A stretch of 60,497 bases of DNA, the filler included, from Asterionella formosa (lineage: Eukaryota): NCBI GenBank assembly GCA_002256025.1. It is 4 parts of 4 records of this genome, joined end to end, with 100 filler letters (N's around TTAATTAATTAA, not from the genome) between each part and the next. Parts side by side here need not be neighbours in the genome. Positions count along the whole stretch, not along the records: positions 30,323 to 45,360 come from NKIB01005627.1; positions 45,461 to 60,497 come from NKIB01005628.1; 2 more parts are not named here. One strand, written 5' to 3'. Positions 34,389 to 47,193 of this stretch are shown in pieces. A program made the translations under genes and the position numbers. The notes below the pieces were generated by a model, which was given only the letters and a program-made list of their open reading frames with translations, did not search any database and was not told where the DNA came from. Within the stretch, counting starts at the first letter, position 1. Every line of letters begins with the position of its first letter.

Positions 34389-36762
34389 GGCGCTTGGGTG
34401 CACGCAGCGGCCACCTCAAGAATGATAAGGGGTGGAGGGGGTGGGGTGTCTAGCTGCCGCTATGGTTCAATTGCCTCTAAATTTGAATGTGTGAAAAACA
34501 TGGGTCATCAAGCAACAAGCGAACTGCGTTGGCTTTCTTGTTGGCTTACTCGCTACGTTTGAAATTGAAATACTGAGCTCAAAAGTGGTGCCAACGCACG
34601 TTACACATGAAAAGAGTAGTACCCCGGATGTTGTCGACCAAAATTTGACGCACATGGCCAGTACATATGTACCATTCCTCAACGACGAGCTTAACCATTT
34701 TTTTCTCTAATTCTCGATGCAAACATCATTCGTGAGCGAAACAGACGTTAATCAGAATTTTCCCGCCCACAGTAAAGCGCATGCATGTTATGCAACTCTA
34801 TGCACGGGCAGTAAATTTTCTTACATAAATCGGTATTGTAACGGCAGTTTGTACTGTCCCTGTATGATTGGATTGGGTGTGCGTTTCCCGGCACAACAAT
34901 TTCCCCCTCTAGCTATGATTGTCTTGCCGCTTGGTTAGTTTAAGCAAAATTAGGGGCAATATTGGGCACATCGAATTTTTCGGCATAGGTAAAATCGCAG
35001 ATTTTAGCATGAAATCCAGAATGACGGTAACAATGTAGAAATACATACCAGGTAATAGTATTATGCGGCGTTGATACTGGTGAAAGAAACCTCGAATACA
35101 TGAAAATGCTTGTAAAATACTCCTACATACAATATTTGTCAATACAAAAATTGAACATAATGTTTGGAGCAACAAAAGTATGATTTGCAATATATGTACG
35201 TAAAAATTGGTCTCAAAACAATTTATTTAGATGCTAATAATCTAATTAGTAATTCAGAGTTTGTTTACAGTGCTCAGGTGAATGTACTAACACATGAAAA
35301 ATGCATTTTTTCGAGTAAACCAATCCTCACCTAGTAAAATGGTATGTTTCTATGGAATCCATCCTAAAATGAGCTGCTCGGCACTTGACTTGCTGCAAAT
35401 GGCTGCAACAATTTTCGCCCAGAGGGAGTAGCTACCAATGATGATAGTATATCAGTATCTATTTTATACTTAACATGTACAGTAGGTATACATGTTACAT
35501 ATCTATCGACTGTTGACTAATGAAGATATTTAGATAACAGACCAGTAGACTCATCATTGCATCATTCCCTCTTCACAATATGTTTTGTTACAAGCATGGT
35601 CCTTCACCTTGATGCTATTTTGTTCCTAATGATTAGCCTTCAACTTAATGGCTTTGATGAGTGGCATGGCACAGAAAGGACTTGTGCAGCTACCAATCTT
35701 CTTTGATGCTTCCCTGGAACCTTCAACAATTCTGATACCTGCTTCCATTACTTCACAAATTTCCAATACAATCAATCAATTCTCAGCTGACAAATGAATT
35801 TTTCACATCTTTTTCTTCAATTAGTCATGTCATTGTTAGTATGACTATATCACAACTTTGTAGTAGTGCAAATGTACACACACTACATAGATTGGACTTG
35901 GCATCACTGACCTCTTTTGGTACTCCGACTACAAAAGTTGGCACATTGCTAGCTTTACCAAGTAGATGGTAAAAGCCCCATATAACGTTAACCTTATAGG
36001 CTCTTGTACACAGATGATACTTGTTCTTACTCTGACCATAAAGGCTTATACTACAATACACAAGGTGTATGTAAATGTCACCCCTAAATGTAAGGTGCTG
36101 CTTTTTCACATTCCAAACACAACCGTGGTACCTTTATTTAGCAAAGCGGCATTCTCAGTTTTCATTGAGATATTCATTATTGTCGTCATGATCAAAGCAG
36201 AGACGACATAACGCACCTTCTCAAAACCACTATCTGTATACTCTTGTGCTTCGTATATACAAACGATTCGCTTTTTTCAGCTAAATAATTATGTACCAGT
36301 GCCTATGAGGTCTAACAGAATTAACACATATTCATTTGTTTATCTCGAGAAAATGTATTCCTCCTACTACCCAGTAGTTTCCTTGAAGTCAGCAGTCAGT
36401 GAATATTTCAAAATTTCAGCAAATCAAGTCAGCAGTTAGCAAAATGAAGTACGCAGTCAGCAAGTGGTTGAAGTTGGCTGGTAGTCAGCCTTTCTGCTGT
36501 GAAAGATGGCAGCGCTTTTCAGTTTGAAACTTTGTAGCAGTTACAGGTAATATAAATACATGGAAATATTTCAAAATATTTCATCATTTTCGAATTGGTG
36601 AGCCGGTCAGACTACCAATGAAGTACCTGTTGAAACTGCTACATACGTGAAAATTGAAGGATAAAGTGCGCGCAATGCGCTGATTACCGGACGTTCCTGG
36701 CGCCTTGGAACAACAGCCAAAAAATCAGGATTCTATTGCACACGTCCGGTAAGATACATAAT

Positions 36763-38190
36763 GGGCGCGCTCTGATATTAAAAAGTTATTAATCATGTGT
36801 GTATTATAACACAAATTATTTTGGCGATTTGATACATAGTAATAATGTTGTCGCACTCTGATAATCAAGATTTTTAGATTAGTTATCTGACATTTTATAT
36901 AAATTTAGCTTTAATTTATAACAGTTATATTTTCATAGAGATGCATCCACTTGCGTGTTATGCTGCCTCTTGTTCATTGTCCACATGAGTTCCATAATTT
37001 CACTACCAGCAGTGTCAGTCACTGACCAGCATGTCGGCTTACCTCTCATCTCCTGATGACAAGGATGATGTCATGAGTGAACTTAAAACATGAGACAGAG
37101 ACATGGAAATTTCAGCTTCTCTCAAGAAGCAAGCCTTTGATCATCAAGTCAGGTCAACATCACTTTCTCATTGAGGTAGTGCCCTCCAAGAGCGACTTTT
37201 CACTCCAAAATAAGACAGTCAGAGGGACTTGCATCGTTTGTTTGCCCATGCTATGGACTGAGCCCAACCCATTCCCACTTTTCAACGACAAGTTCTTATC
37301 AATCCCCAAAGGGATGGAGGTGAAATCAATCAAGTTTTCGATGAAATTTAAAATCAATTTCATCAAAGGCGAGAGCAATTGGCAGCAAGCCCAACTTATT
37401 CCCGACTTTCAACGACAAGATCGTATCAATTCCCATGGGGGGGGAGGTGAAATCAATCCAGTTTTTGATGACATTAAAAATCAATTTCAACAGCTGCAAG
37501 AGAAATTGACAGGAAATCCAAATGTATTGCAGCTTGTAGATGGAGATGATGAAGTACCAGCGGGGATATTTAGTGGACTGTTTTTTGTCTGGAAAATAAG
37601 TTCCATGTGGATGCCATTGTACAAAGGATGCTACAGTAGCAAAGTTCCATAGTGAACACGCACAACATCTTCATTTACGATCGCAGCAACTGTGCTATAG
37701 ATTATGGCAGTGTTGACAATGAGTGACATTAAAGCTAACAAACAAATGTATAGAATGATATAATGCGCTCAGTTTCTTCATTTCGCCTTAGTATAGTCAT
37801 CAATCAGTACAGACATTGCACATGAATTGATAGTGGCTGCAACCACTAAGATTGTTTTGCAGGTGGATTGTGAGCAAGAAGACATGATCACAACAAAACT
37901 GGAAGCAGACGATTTATGATATCTCTAGGATGATTGATGTGTATATGTATATGCATTCCGACATCTTTTTTGGAAAGAGCAAGCCATTTCGCGCAAGACA
38001 AGTCTTGAAATATTACGGGAAATTATATGTAGTCATTCATGCCTAAATATCTGCTTATATAATACACTCTAATTTATAGAACTGTTAAAAAAGTTGTATT
38101 TGTGTTGAACAAATTTTGCGGTTATGGGTACAACGATTTGTGTTATAACACACATGATCTAAAAAAGAATTTTAAAATCAGGGCGCGCCC
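36763..38190. mobile_element. Non-autonomous PIF/Harbinger-like TIR element (1428 bp) with 3-bp AAT TSD
   Basis: About 55-bp imperfect TIRs (GGGCGCGC(T/C)CTGAT(A/T)TTAAAA...ATCATGTGTGT..TATAACACAAAT); AAT at 36760-36762 and 38191-38193. Confidence 0.82.
37262..37492 (+). repeat. Diverged tandem duplication (period about 128 bp) in the cargo of the Harbinger-like element
   Basis: Units translate as AQPIPTFQRQVLINPQRDGGEINQVFDEI*NQFHQ and AQLIPDFQRQDRINSHGGGGEINPVFDDIKNQFQQ. Confidence 0.85.
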
Positions 38191-38468
38191 AATCTACACA
38201 ATACATAATACCTTAAATATTTTTTTGATGGCTCACATTGGTGTGGTCAACCCCCCCCCCATAGACACATTTTAGCTAATAAATTGACCTCCCAAGATTG
38301 CCTCGAACAAACTGCTATTTACTCCTGGAAAAAAAAAATCCTCGCCAGCCCTTGTGCGCCCCATTATACTGCAAAGGAACGAATAGCTTCACTTCTCTTT
38401 TTTACTTCAGCCTTAATTTGAATGCAAATAAAGGGGCAATCAGTAAATAATCGAACGGATAGACCGCA

Positions 38469-39680
38469 ATGAGCGTCAGAATCAAATCAGAGCAGGTCGA
38501 TAACGGCGCCCTCGCTTCAATGTCAGGCGACGATGAAGTCGTCAGAGAGATAGACGTCTATATTTCTCCTGCATTGGCACATCAAATGTACCTCGTGCAG
38601 TTTCCGTTGCAGCATCACGTCGCACCATTGCCAGACGATGCAAGAATCAGACCCAATCACGGCGTCGTTGAGCTTGATCAAGCGCTTCCGACAAATATTG
38701 GCCGCGAGGGAGGCTTCTTCCTTCCCAAACGAACGTTTGAGAGTCATACAATACCTATTTCGACGCACATGGCCATTGGAAGGATTAAAGATGATGCGAT
38801 ACATTTGACTCCGCTAAATCACATTCTACAGATGAGGCCAAACTTTGCGCATGTTGACGAAACAATGAATCCGTCGGAACCTGACGAAGTCCCAATAGAA
38901 ACATCCAAAGAGAAGAAGCCTCTAATGTTCCAAAAGAAGGAATCGGACAGAACAAACATGGCGCGGAAGTCTAGTTATGCATATAAAAAGGCCAGTGAGG
39001 AATCGGAAGAATGGATTGTGTTGCTCACTCACGGACCAGCTAGTGACGAGTACAAGGGCGCTCTAACAAAAGCTACTGAGGGACCAACAAATTCTCTCGC
39101 AACCGGAGATGGAGTCTCGTTCGTTCAAAGTCTCAACTATCTGCCAAAGAACCAAGAAGAGAAACTAGACGACGATGATCGTTTCGTTATCCACGACGAA
39201 GTGCCATCGGAAGGCAAACTCGTTCAGAGATTAATTACTTTGCTGGTGCGTGGCTGGCCAGTTCCTTATTTAGTGCTTCGATCTCAGTTCACGTCTGTAG
39301 ATGATCAAGACCTTTTGATTGCTCTGGGATGTTGCTCTGTCCTCGTCAGAGGTAACTTTTGCTTGCAGTCCAGACTTCTTGGTTTAGAACCCGAAGTCGC
39401 ACATGCAAGAACCTTTGTTTTGCTCATTTTACAAACCCATGGATTTTTGAGTGAACGCCGAGTTAACCGCGTATTTGATGGTACATTTGTGACTCCTGGC
39501 TGGATCAGGATAATTTTGCAACAAGTTGCGAAACTGGCGACTAACGGATGGACTCTTAAGCTTGAAGACAATCACTGGTTTTGTGATCGATTCCCTGAGC
39601 AAAGTAAGCTGCACATACAATATTGGGATCGACAGACGATAAGGTTCCAAGACAAGCTAGTGATGTATGGTATCGTTTGA
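38469..39680 (+). CDS. POLR3E: RNA polymerase III subunit RPC5 (Sin-like, C37)
   Basis: DDEVVREIDVYIS, MYLVQFPL, IHLTPLNHILQMRPNFAHVD, SYAY..SEESEEW, LVRGNF motifs. Confidence 0.88.
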   Translation: MSVRIKSEQVDNGALASMSGDDEVVREIDVYISPALAHQMYLVQFPLQHHVAPLPDDARIRPNHGVVELDQALPTNIGREGGFFLPKRTFESHTIPISTHMAIGRIKDDAIHLTPLNHILQMRPNFAHVDETMNPSEPDEVPIETSKEKKPLMFQKKESDRTNMARKSSYAYKKASEESEEWIVLLTHGPASDEYKGALTKATEGPTNSLATGDGVSFVQSLNYLPKNQEEKLDDDDRFVIHDEVPSEGKLVQRLITLLVRGWPVPYLVLRSQFTSVDDQDLLIALGCCSVLVRGNFCLQSRLLGLEPEVAHARTFVLLILQTHGFLSERRVNRVFDGTFVTPGWIRIILQQVAKLATNGWTLKLEDNHWFCDRFPEQSKLHIQYWDRQTIRFQDKLVMYGIV

Positions 39681-39839
39681 CAATTGAAACTACCTTTGGA
39701 GGGAGCTAGAGAGTTGACTCAAGTTGGTTCATATAGTGCTCAGAGTAGCAATGAATACATACCCGTCAGTCTAGAAACTAAGGCATAATAACAATTCGCA
39801 TAAAAAAAGTACACTGCAGATGGTACCTGGTTCCACGTA

Positions 39840-41471
39840 CAAGGTACCCTGGTATTACTTGTAAAAATCAACCCAAGTTGTATTTTTCTGTAGGCCTCAA
39901 GCATAGATCTACTGAGAATGGAAAAATACCTTGATGGTACTTTTTCGCACTGGATCAGGGTAAAAGTACAGTACTGTACAACAAAGAAAAAATCAACCCG
40001 GTTGCACTGATGGTTGATTTTGTACCCCCTTTTTGCTTGAAAATCAACTCTGATTAGTCAGAGAAAGACCAGTATGCATACATTTATGAACCTTGATGGT
40101 GGTACCGGTACCTGGTATATTAGTATCATCCACCAGAAATCATTGAATTTCATGCTGTGGTGGGAATAAAATAAAAAAATTGACAAATATTAACATGACA
40201 GGAAAGCGACAAATGTTAAATGAGCCTCTACAATGCAAGAGATACAAGAACATACTTCTTTCCATGATGTCCTATAAATATGGAATAATCTATGGTAAAG
40301 ACTATGTGTTTCTTATTGATGAGCAGCTCAGTGAAATCCAACCAGATGACATCTACAAATGGATGGCTCTCAAGGTTTTCAGTCAACCAGATCCATCACA
40401 TGATGACAATCCAACATTGGGGTGCTCAACTTCACTTGAATACTACAAGAAAGCCATCTCCTTCTTCATGCCAAACCGACTAGTAACATGGAATGTGCTC
40501 AACAAATCAGGCAACCCAACCAGATCGGAAATCATCATTGACCTCATTAAAGCGGTACGAAAAAAGGAAGTTTGCAAACTTGGGAAACCTTCAGCAGCAT
40601 GCCATCCTCTGCAATTCAAAGAATTCAGCAATTAATTTGCAATACTACACCCCTATCTTGACAGTATTCATCATTATGAAATGTCTGCCCTTTTTCGCAT
40701 TCCAATTCCATATGGTTGGCCAAATTGATGACTGTGACCAACTAAAGAAGGAAAATCTAAAACCCAATGACCGGTTTCCTCCCTTTACCCTGATTGCACA
40801 GCTCTGTTGGTCAAAGAATATAAAAGATGAGAGAGAAGCTCCTGATCAATTCCTCATTGGATGCATGTCAACAACCTACTGTGTTTTACTTGCCCTTGCC
40901 ATCCGCCTTGAAACAGAAGGCATGGAATCCGGTGCAGCACCGCAAAATCCTTATGTGTTTTCTCTAGGCACAAATACACCAGACAACGTGAAGAACAAAG
41001 CTTATAGAATTCTGCAGGACCATGTGTGGGAAAGAAATGAGTTTGTCAGATTGAACAATGGGCCAATCAGCACGCACAGCCTACGAAAATTTCCATCAAC
41101 ACATGCATGACGAAATGGGTGCTTGCGGGATGACATCAGCTTTCGAGGTCGCTGGAAACAATCAAAAGGGCAAGTGGACACTTACATTGATGTAGATCTA
41201 CCCTACCCTGATGCCAAGGTGGCAGCAGCATTGTGCATTGGTGGAGCATGTAAGTATGTCCTGAAAGAGAATTGTGGCATTGCAGATGATTGGCTTCTTG
41301 AGTATCATATTGTGACAAACATTCTTTCTCAGTACCAATGTGGTGTAGCATTGACGCTGGCAAGGCCACTTCTTTGGGCGGCTTTGAGCCCGGTCTTCAG
41401 GGTTACTTGCCAGTTGCTATGATTGCTCGCATTAAAAATGCTTATGCATTTGTTTGGCATCTGGAACCAGA
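39840..41471 (+). mobile_element. Crypton (tyrosine-recombinase DNA transposon) remnant, 3' end cut by the TIR family
   Basis: Repeated upstream region (also at 9797-10078) followed by a YR pseudogene; abuts the CGTCTGCAAA terminus at 41472. Confidence 0.8.
40180..41422 (+). pseudogene. CryptonS-like tyrosine recombinase pseudogene
   Basis: SLEYYKKAISFFMPNR, GNPTRS, FQFHMVGQIDD, WSKNI, THSLRKF (HxxR), RGRWK, VDTYID (catalytic Tyr), LPYPDAKVAAALC. Frameshift near 40630-40690 and in-frame TGA at 41108. Confidence 0.87.
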
Positions 41472-43629
41472 CGTCTGCAAATAAAAACCATCATATTCCT
41501 ATGATGCATCATAGGATTATGATCATCTGATCATAATTTTTCGTTATATCATCTATTTAATTTAAATAGTAACCCTTTTGACTATGGAAATTTGATTATT
41601 ATATGTATTGTTTCTTTTAGGTTCCTCTATTTAAATTTCTTGGTAGGATAATGTACCGGTTAAAGTAATGTGGTTTGGCCCATCATCCTCGCCAGTCCTC
41701 ACTCTGATTCTTGCAACAACAACAAAGCAGTCATGTCAAGAGGAACAAGTATTTGTGATGAAATCTTCATTTGTCGTGCAAGTCATCATATGTCTTCGAT
41801 GAATCATCATCTGCATTGCACAGTATGTTCGTACGCAATCCGTTAAGAGCTTGAAAAGAAATCCAATGAAAACGAAATGGTTCATCACACAAGACAAATG
41901 TTTCCGGTCTGTCACCAGAGCATCAATCAGTGTTACAACCTCAGTCATAGCTAAATAACATCCATTCTTATAGAACAGCACAATCTACTTCTCCATAACA
42001 TTGTCTCTCTAACAAGAACGTAATACATCTAGAATTGCAACGCAGCATAGCAGGCGATATTCACCACAAAGAAGCATGAGACTGTCTATTTATAGTAACA
42101 GAGTGATTCTGGTTTCGAAATTTTCATGTCTCATCAGATTTCCTTTGTCATCGTACTAGTTCCTTACCTTTGAAGACAGGAGCGTATTTGTTCATGTATC
42201 TGGAACAAGGAGCAGTCCATCATATATGCCCTGTTTTATTAATTCCTATGAAATCTCTTGTTCTGTTCTGCGCTTTTTCGACACAATTGTTTTTATTCTT
42301 GGCTGTTTCACTGGACAGCATTCGAATTGATTGTGCTTCGAACGAAGCATTGATCAAAGTCCACCCCATTGCAGAATGGTGAGTCTCACAACTACTAAGT
42401 ATCAGCCAGTCGATTAAAATGGGATTGTCTTTTGTGCACCCTTGTTGTGTTTGTACTTGACTTGGCAACTGTCAGCCAAGAGCAGCCATGGTATGCCACC
42501 ATTTATTGTCTATACGAGTTTCGAATGCGTTCAGCTATGATAACTTTTGCTCCTATAACACTATCTCACCACCAGCCACCCTTGTCATAGATTTTTCTTT
42601 ATCCTTTGGCTGCACAGGCCCAGGTTACTCAAGGCCTTCATCTGCAAGTTCAGCCAAGCACGTTGGCGTCAAGAAAACCTCAACCCCGATTTTCCTCACA
42701 TGCTCCACCCATTGACTTCTTCATTGATAAAGTCGAGGTAGCTATATTGATGTCAGGTGGCGCAGGCTTGTGTATAGATTGATGATGCTGAAAGCATTGC
42801 TTCCTTTTCCGGTAGGTACCTACTATTTGTCAACATTGTTGGGTCAAAAATATTCTTGTTCCCGCAAGACCAGAAGCAATCATCCCTTTACTTCTCCTCC
42901 CAAGAACCTTCATTTCTCTTTCACAATTGTTCTGATTTTTGCAGAGCATTTTTGGTTCCCTTTTGATTTTTTCACTGGTTTTGATCCCTTTTGCATTCAA
43001 GTCAAAAAACAAGCAACTCATTGAGATTTCTGGAGGTTTGGTCAGAGGCACCATACAGCAAGCAACAATCAACAGATCATGGCGGCTGTTCTCCATTTTC
43101 TGTAGCAAGTGACATTCAAGAAGGGTCTGGAATCATTGGGGAGAAAAATCAGTTGGATTCTCTGTGTTTGCCCCGCCCGTTTGGCATTCTACCATTGCTT
43201 CCTCTCAATCAATACTAGTATAGCTAATGGAAACCGTAATTATATGAAATGTGACTTCCGTTTTCTAATATTTTACATTGTTGCACTACTGTATAGTTGA
43301 AAATTTTTTGCATAGTTTTAAACAGGCTCATTATATGGCACATCCTGTGTATACTAAGCAACATCAATTTTGATTTTATATAATTCAAATATATACAATG
43401 CATGATGAGTTCATAGTTTTCCACAACCTGTTGAGTTTTTTCAATTTGTTTTGTGTCAATTCTTGTACCCGCAAGTCAGTGGCTGATTTAATTAAGCCCC
43501 TTAATAAGCGGGATTCATCACCAATTTTTCAAATGGTCGAAATCATACATTTATGTATATAGACACATTGACCATATATACATTCGAAGAATTCATATGG
43601 TCTACCGGTAGTACTGTATGCTTGCTGGG
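41472..43629 (+). mobile_element. CGTCTGCAAA-TIR family, copy C (rearranged, right end missing)
   Basis: Left TIR at 41472. 41472-42205 matches rc of 17962-18724; 42205-43291 matches 16660-17787 directly; 43291-43629 matches rc of 11649-11990. Confidence 0.85.
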
Positions 43630-43764
43630 CATGAAGCAGAGGTGTACATTGATGAGGTTTGGGGGTCAGCTGCAATTGAAGGCAATGTAGTCAATGTCCT
43701 TGGTCAATATGGGGCGGTCATACGCTACTTACGACACCTGCTACAACTATAAGTACCTACCTGG

Positions 43765-43961
43765 TGAGCGATCTTGCGCATCAATACAGATTTATATAGG
43801 GTTAGGGTTATATCATATATGTATCAGAGCTCAATAATGAGAGAACTCGACTAACCCTCATTGTATACTTTGGTGTCTACTTAGAGAACGAGTTACACAC
43901 AAGGATTAACAAATATGCTCATATATTCAACAAATACTACTCCTTCTAGTTAGATACTTCA
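43765..43961 (+). mobile_element. LTR related to the Gypsy element at 28976, apparently solo
   Basis: TGAGCGATCTTG...TAGTTAGATACTTCA is collinear with rc of 28976-29170; no matching TSD (CCTGG vs CTTTG) and no obvious PBS. Confidence 0.8.
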
Positions 43962-45360
43962 CTTTGTTGAATTCAAAAAGAGTCCAATTAGAATTAATAG
44001 TGTTGATGTCCTCTCAAGTTCCAGTGGTCCCATTGATGAAGGATAACAACATACTAAACATCAAGATTCAAGCTTCTTTGTGTATCCTTACAAGCCAGGT
44101 CGACATTTGGAGTCTTACAGCAAAGATATGATCAATTGACGCTCAGGGGAAGCTTGTTGATTGATTTCAGTAAATCCTGTGATATGTCTAACACATATAT
44201 CTTCAGTCCAGCAGATTCCTTGCTTGTTCTCCTATGGCCACAGAATATGCCTTATTGATATCGCCTTGTCTGACTGGGTGAGAGTTGCGATGCACCCAGA
44301 TACTCAGTCCTATGAGAGTCTCTACAAAATCATGGTGAGGTGGCTGAAGCATTATTGCACTCAGGACATGTTTCTTTGAAAGTCAGCATCAGCGGACGTG
44401 GATTTTCTGATAAAACTCGATAAATCAGTTCAACGTGCTGTTGATGAATGTTGCTGCTTTTCTCAAGACCTTAAAGAAGCTCCTAAAACTTATGATAACT
44501 CATCCAGAAGATCAAGAGGTTTCCGCCAAGGAAGATTTGAGGTTGATTGTCGTTTTGCTTGATTGATAATGCGTGGCAACAAGTGTTTGAATGGAACAAT
44601 GAAAAGAGCACAAAATAATTGATTCGCTTGGTTTTGACTTACTTCGAGAGTCAACAATCATTCAAAGATCAACTCAAGCACATCCTCAAGCATGAATTCT
44701 ACCATAAGCCGAAATCGACTAGACATCTCTGAAAGCAATCGTGTTATGTCGAGAGAACGCGCGTGCCTGGTGTCAATTTTCTAACACAAAATCGTATATA
44801 AATAGTTGAAGTTGAAGACGATTCCATGACGCATCAAGAAAATAAGCGTGACTAGTGTCAATTTTAACAAAAGATCGTCTTCGCATTGCTAAATGCAGTC
44901 CTGTGATGTATCAAGAATACAACCACCATTTCAAGCGTAAATTTGTACATAAAAATTTTATACTCAGTGGTAATGGCAGGGCACATGCATTTTAATGCAG
45001 CCGGCCACGCATGGGATATGAAACAACGGTCAAACATAAGGTTCCTCATGGAGTTAACATTACTAACACTACTAACCTTGTTCCTGTTTGGACTTCTGTT
45101 CCTGTTCCTCTGGCATAGAAATTCTATGCGGAGCAAATTATCATATTAACACAGCTAAATCTATTCATTTTTTCCTTCCGTGCATGTTTTATACAAGCAA
45201 ATCCATGGGTTAACCCTATGATGATGTCTGGTCAGGGTACTGTGCCGAGGGCCATACCTGCCAACTATTATGAATCTGCCCAGGAAATTTTAGTTCATGA
45301 ACCCTCCTGTTGGTCAGTTAGTGGCCGATGTGCCTAATAAAAAAACCAGCAGAATGCTGA

Positions 45361-45460
45361 NNNNNNNNNNNNNNNNNNNNNNNNNNNNNNNNNNNNNNNN
45401 NNNNTTAATTAATTAANNNNNNNNNNNNNNNNNNNNNNNNNNNNNNNNNNNNNNNNNNNN
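45361..45460. other. Artificial scaffold linker
   Basis: 44 N + TTAATTAATTAA + 44 N. Confidence 0.97.
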
Positions 45461-47193
45461 AATATAAATAAAAGCAATGGAGTCTCAATGGAGTCTCACC
45501 TTTGACCCAATACCGGTACTTAGTGCAATATGCTGGCCAGCGCATAATGCATTTCATTTTCATTCATGACATGATTTTGAACAAGGTTTTAAGCTCTAAA
45601 TATGATCATTTTGGCAAATATAGCAAAACGTTTTGTTTTCCAAGATAGTGATAAGGACAGAGATCACTAACTGTGTACTCTGATATTGATATGTCTGAAT
45701 ACCAACCAGTGTCACAAGAAGTGCTGGCAAACACAAGAGGTAGCAACAAAGCAATGTTGCCACCATTACCAATAGCAAAACTCCTAGGAAATATTCAAAA
45801 TAAGTCACAAACTCCAATGAAATAACAAACTGTTAATCTTGCTGGACTCTCAAATGAAGAAGGGAAGAAATCGACTCAGCCAAGAGCAGGATCCAATACA
45901 AAAGTTCAAGTCCAAATCACGCTATCCATTTTCTTCTTGGGTAATTAATATCACCAGAAGACTGACATTATGTGCAGCACCACCACTGCACCCAAAAACA
46001 ATTAAAAGAAGAAATGAAATTGTTTGAGTCCCACTTGAGGGAGTGTATCCACCCTTTTCCCTGTGTTTCAGTGCCCAAAGCCACCATGTTGATTGTGATG
46101 ATACTGGATTGGGTAGTAGTCATTTAAAAACCCAGGGCTCCTGACAATGCCAGCAAGTGCTAAGCGGCTTACTCTATTAGCAATTGAGCAGTTTTAAAGC
46201 ACTACATAAATGAGTTTACAATGTAGGTTTACATAAATCGAGTAAAGCTTACTTTGGGTCTTTGGGTCATTACTCAATTCAAGTGAAGTTTACTTTATCT
46301 GCCAAAACAGAATCATTTGCTTTGTTATACTGGTATCTACCAAAGTGATCATATTTATATCAAAAGTGATGGTGTGCCAACTCAAAAGCATAAAAGTTTA
46401 AGCTTTGGTATTTTATATGTTCACATAGGTAGTAATCATACACACATCTGACAGTTGCCATGTGGCTAGTCAAGGCAAAATGACTGCAATATGCAGGTAC
46501 CAGGTACCCAAAACCTTGTACTCTTGCTGAGTGAAGGTATTGTTTGTTACAAAATACTGGTACACTGAATGCAAGTACAAATTAAAGATATCAGTATTGG
46601 TACCAGTTACCACCGCCATGTAGTCAACCTGGAACCAGGTACCATAGTCTAGTATACCTGCTACTGTACAGTAATTCTATACATAATACAAAAAAGTATG
46701 TAGCTAGATTCTGGACAACTCTTAATTTGTAGGCATGACACAAACACACATGATAGAGGGGTAGCTCTCACTAGAGAATCAGCAGCCTGGTACCACAAGG
46801 TGCACCCCAGGTACCAGCCAGCCAACTGGTAGCTAAGGGTCTATAGCAGGAGGAGTGTGAATGGATTTGCACATACATAGTGCTTGCTCAAGGGCTCCAA
46901 AGATTACCTTACTCAAGTTAAGGTTTCTCAAATTGTTAACTAATTGCAATGATTTCTAAACTGTCAATCTTGCCAAACCAATCCTGCAAAATTCAATCTT
47001 AGCAAACACAATCCAAGACTTCTACTCCAACTAATTTAAATCCCACAAGTCATTTCACTCTAAATGTCATCTGAAGTTTCTATAACCTCCAACAGTGCTG
47101 TGGTATGAAAAAAATTGAGTAACTGACCTTCAATGTGTTAGTCTATACTTTGCCATCTTTTGAATGCGATTGTGCATCCTTCCATCCAATTAA

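Noticed and set aside
41108..41110. Selenocysteine or readthrough TGA in the recombinase
   Set aside because: The gene also has a frameshift and a lost catalytic Arg; CGA-to-TGA decay is the simpler explanation.
43797..43810. Telomeric TTAGGG tract
   Set aside because: About two units inside an LTR, and not conserved in the sister LTR (TAGAGTTGGGGTTA).
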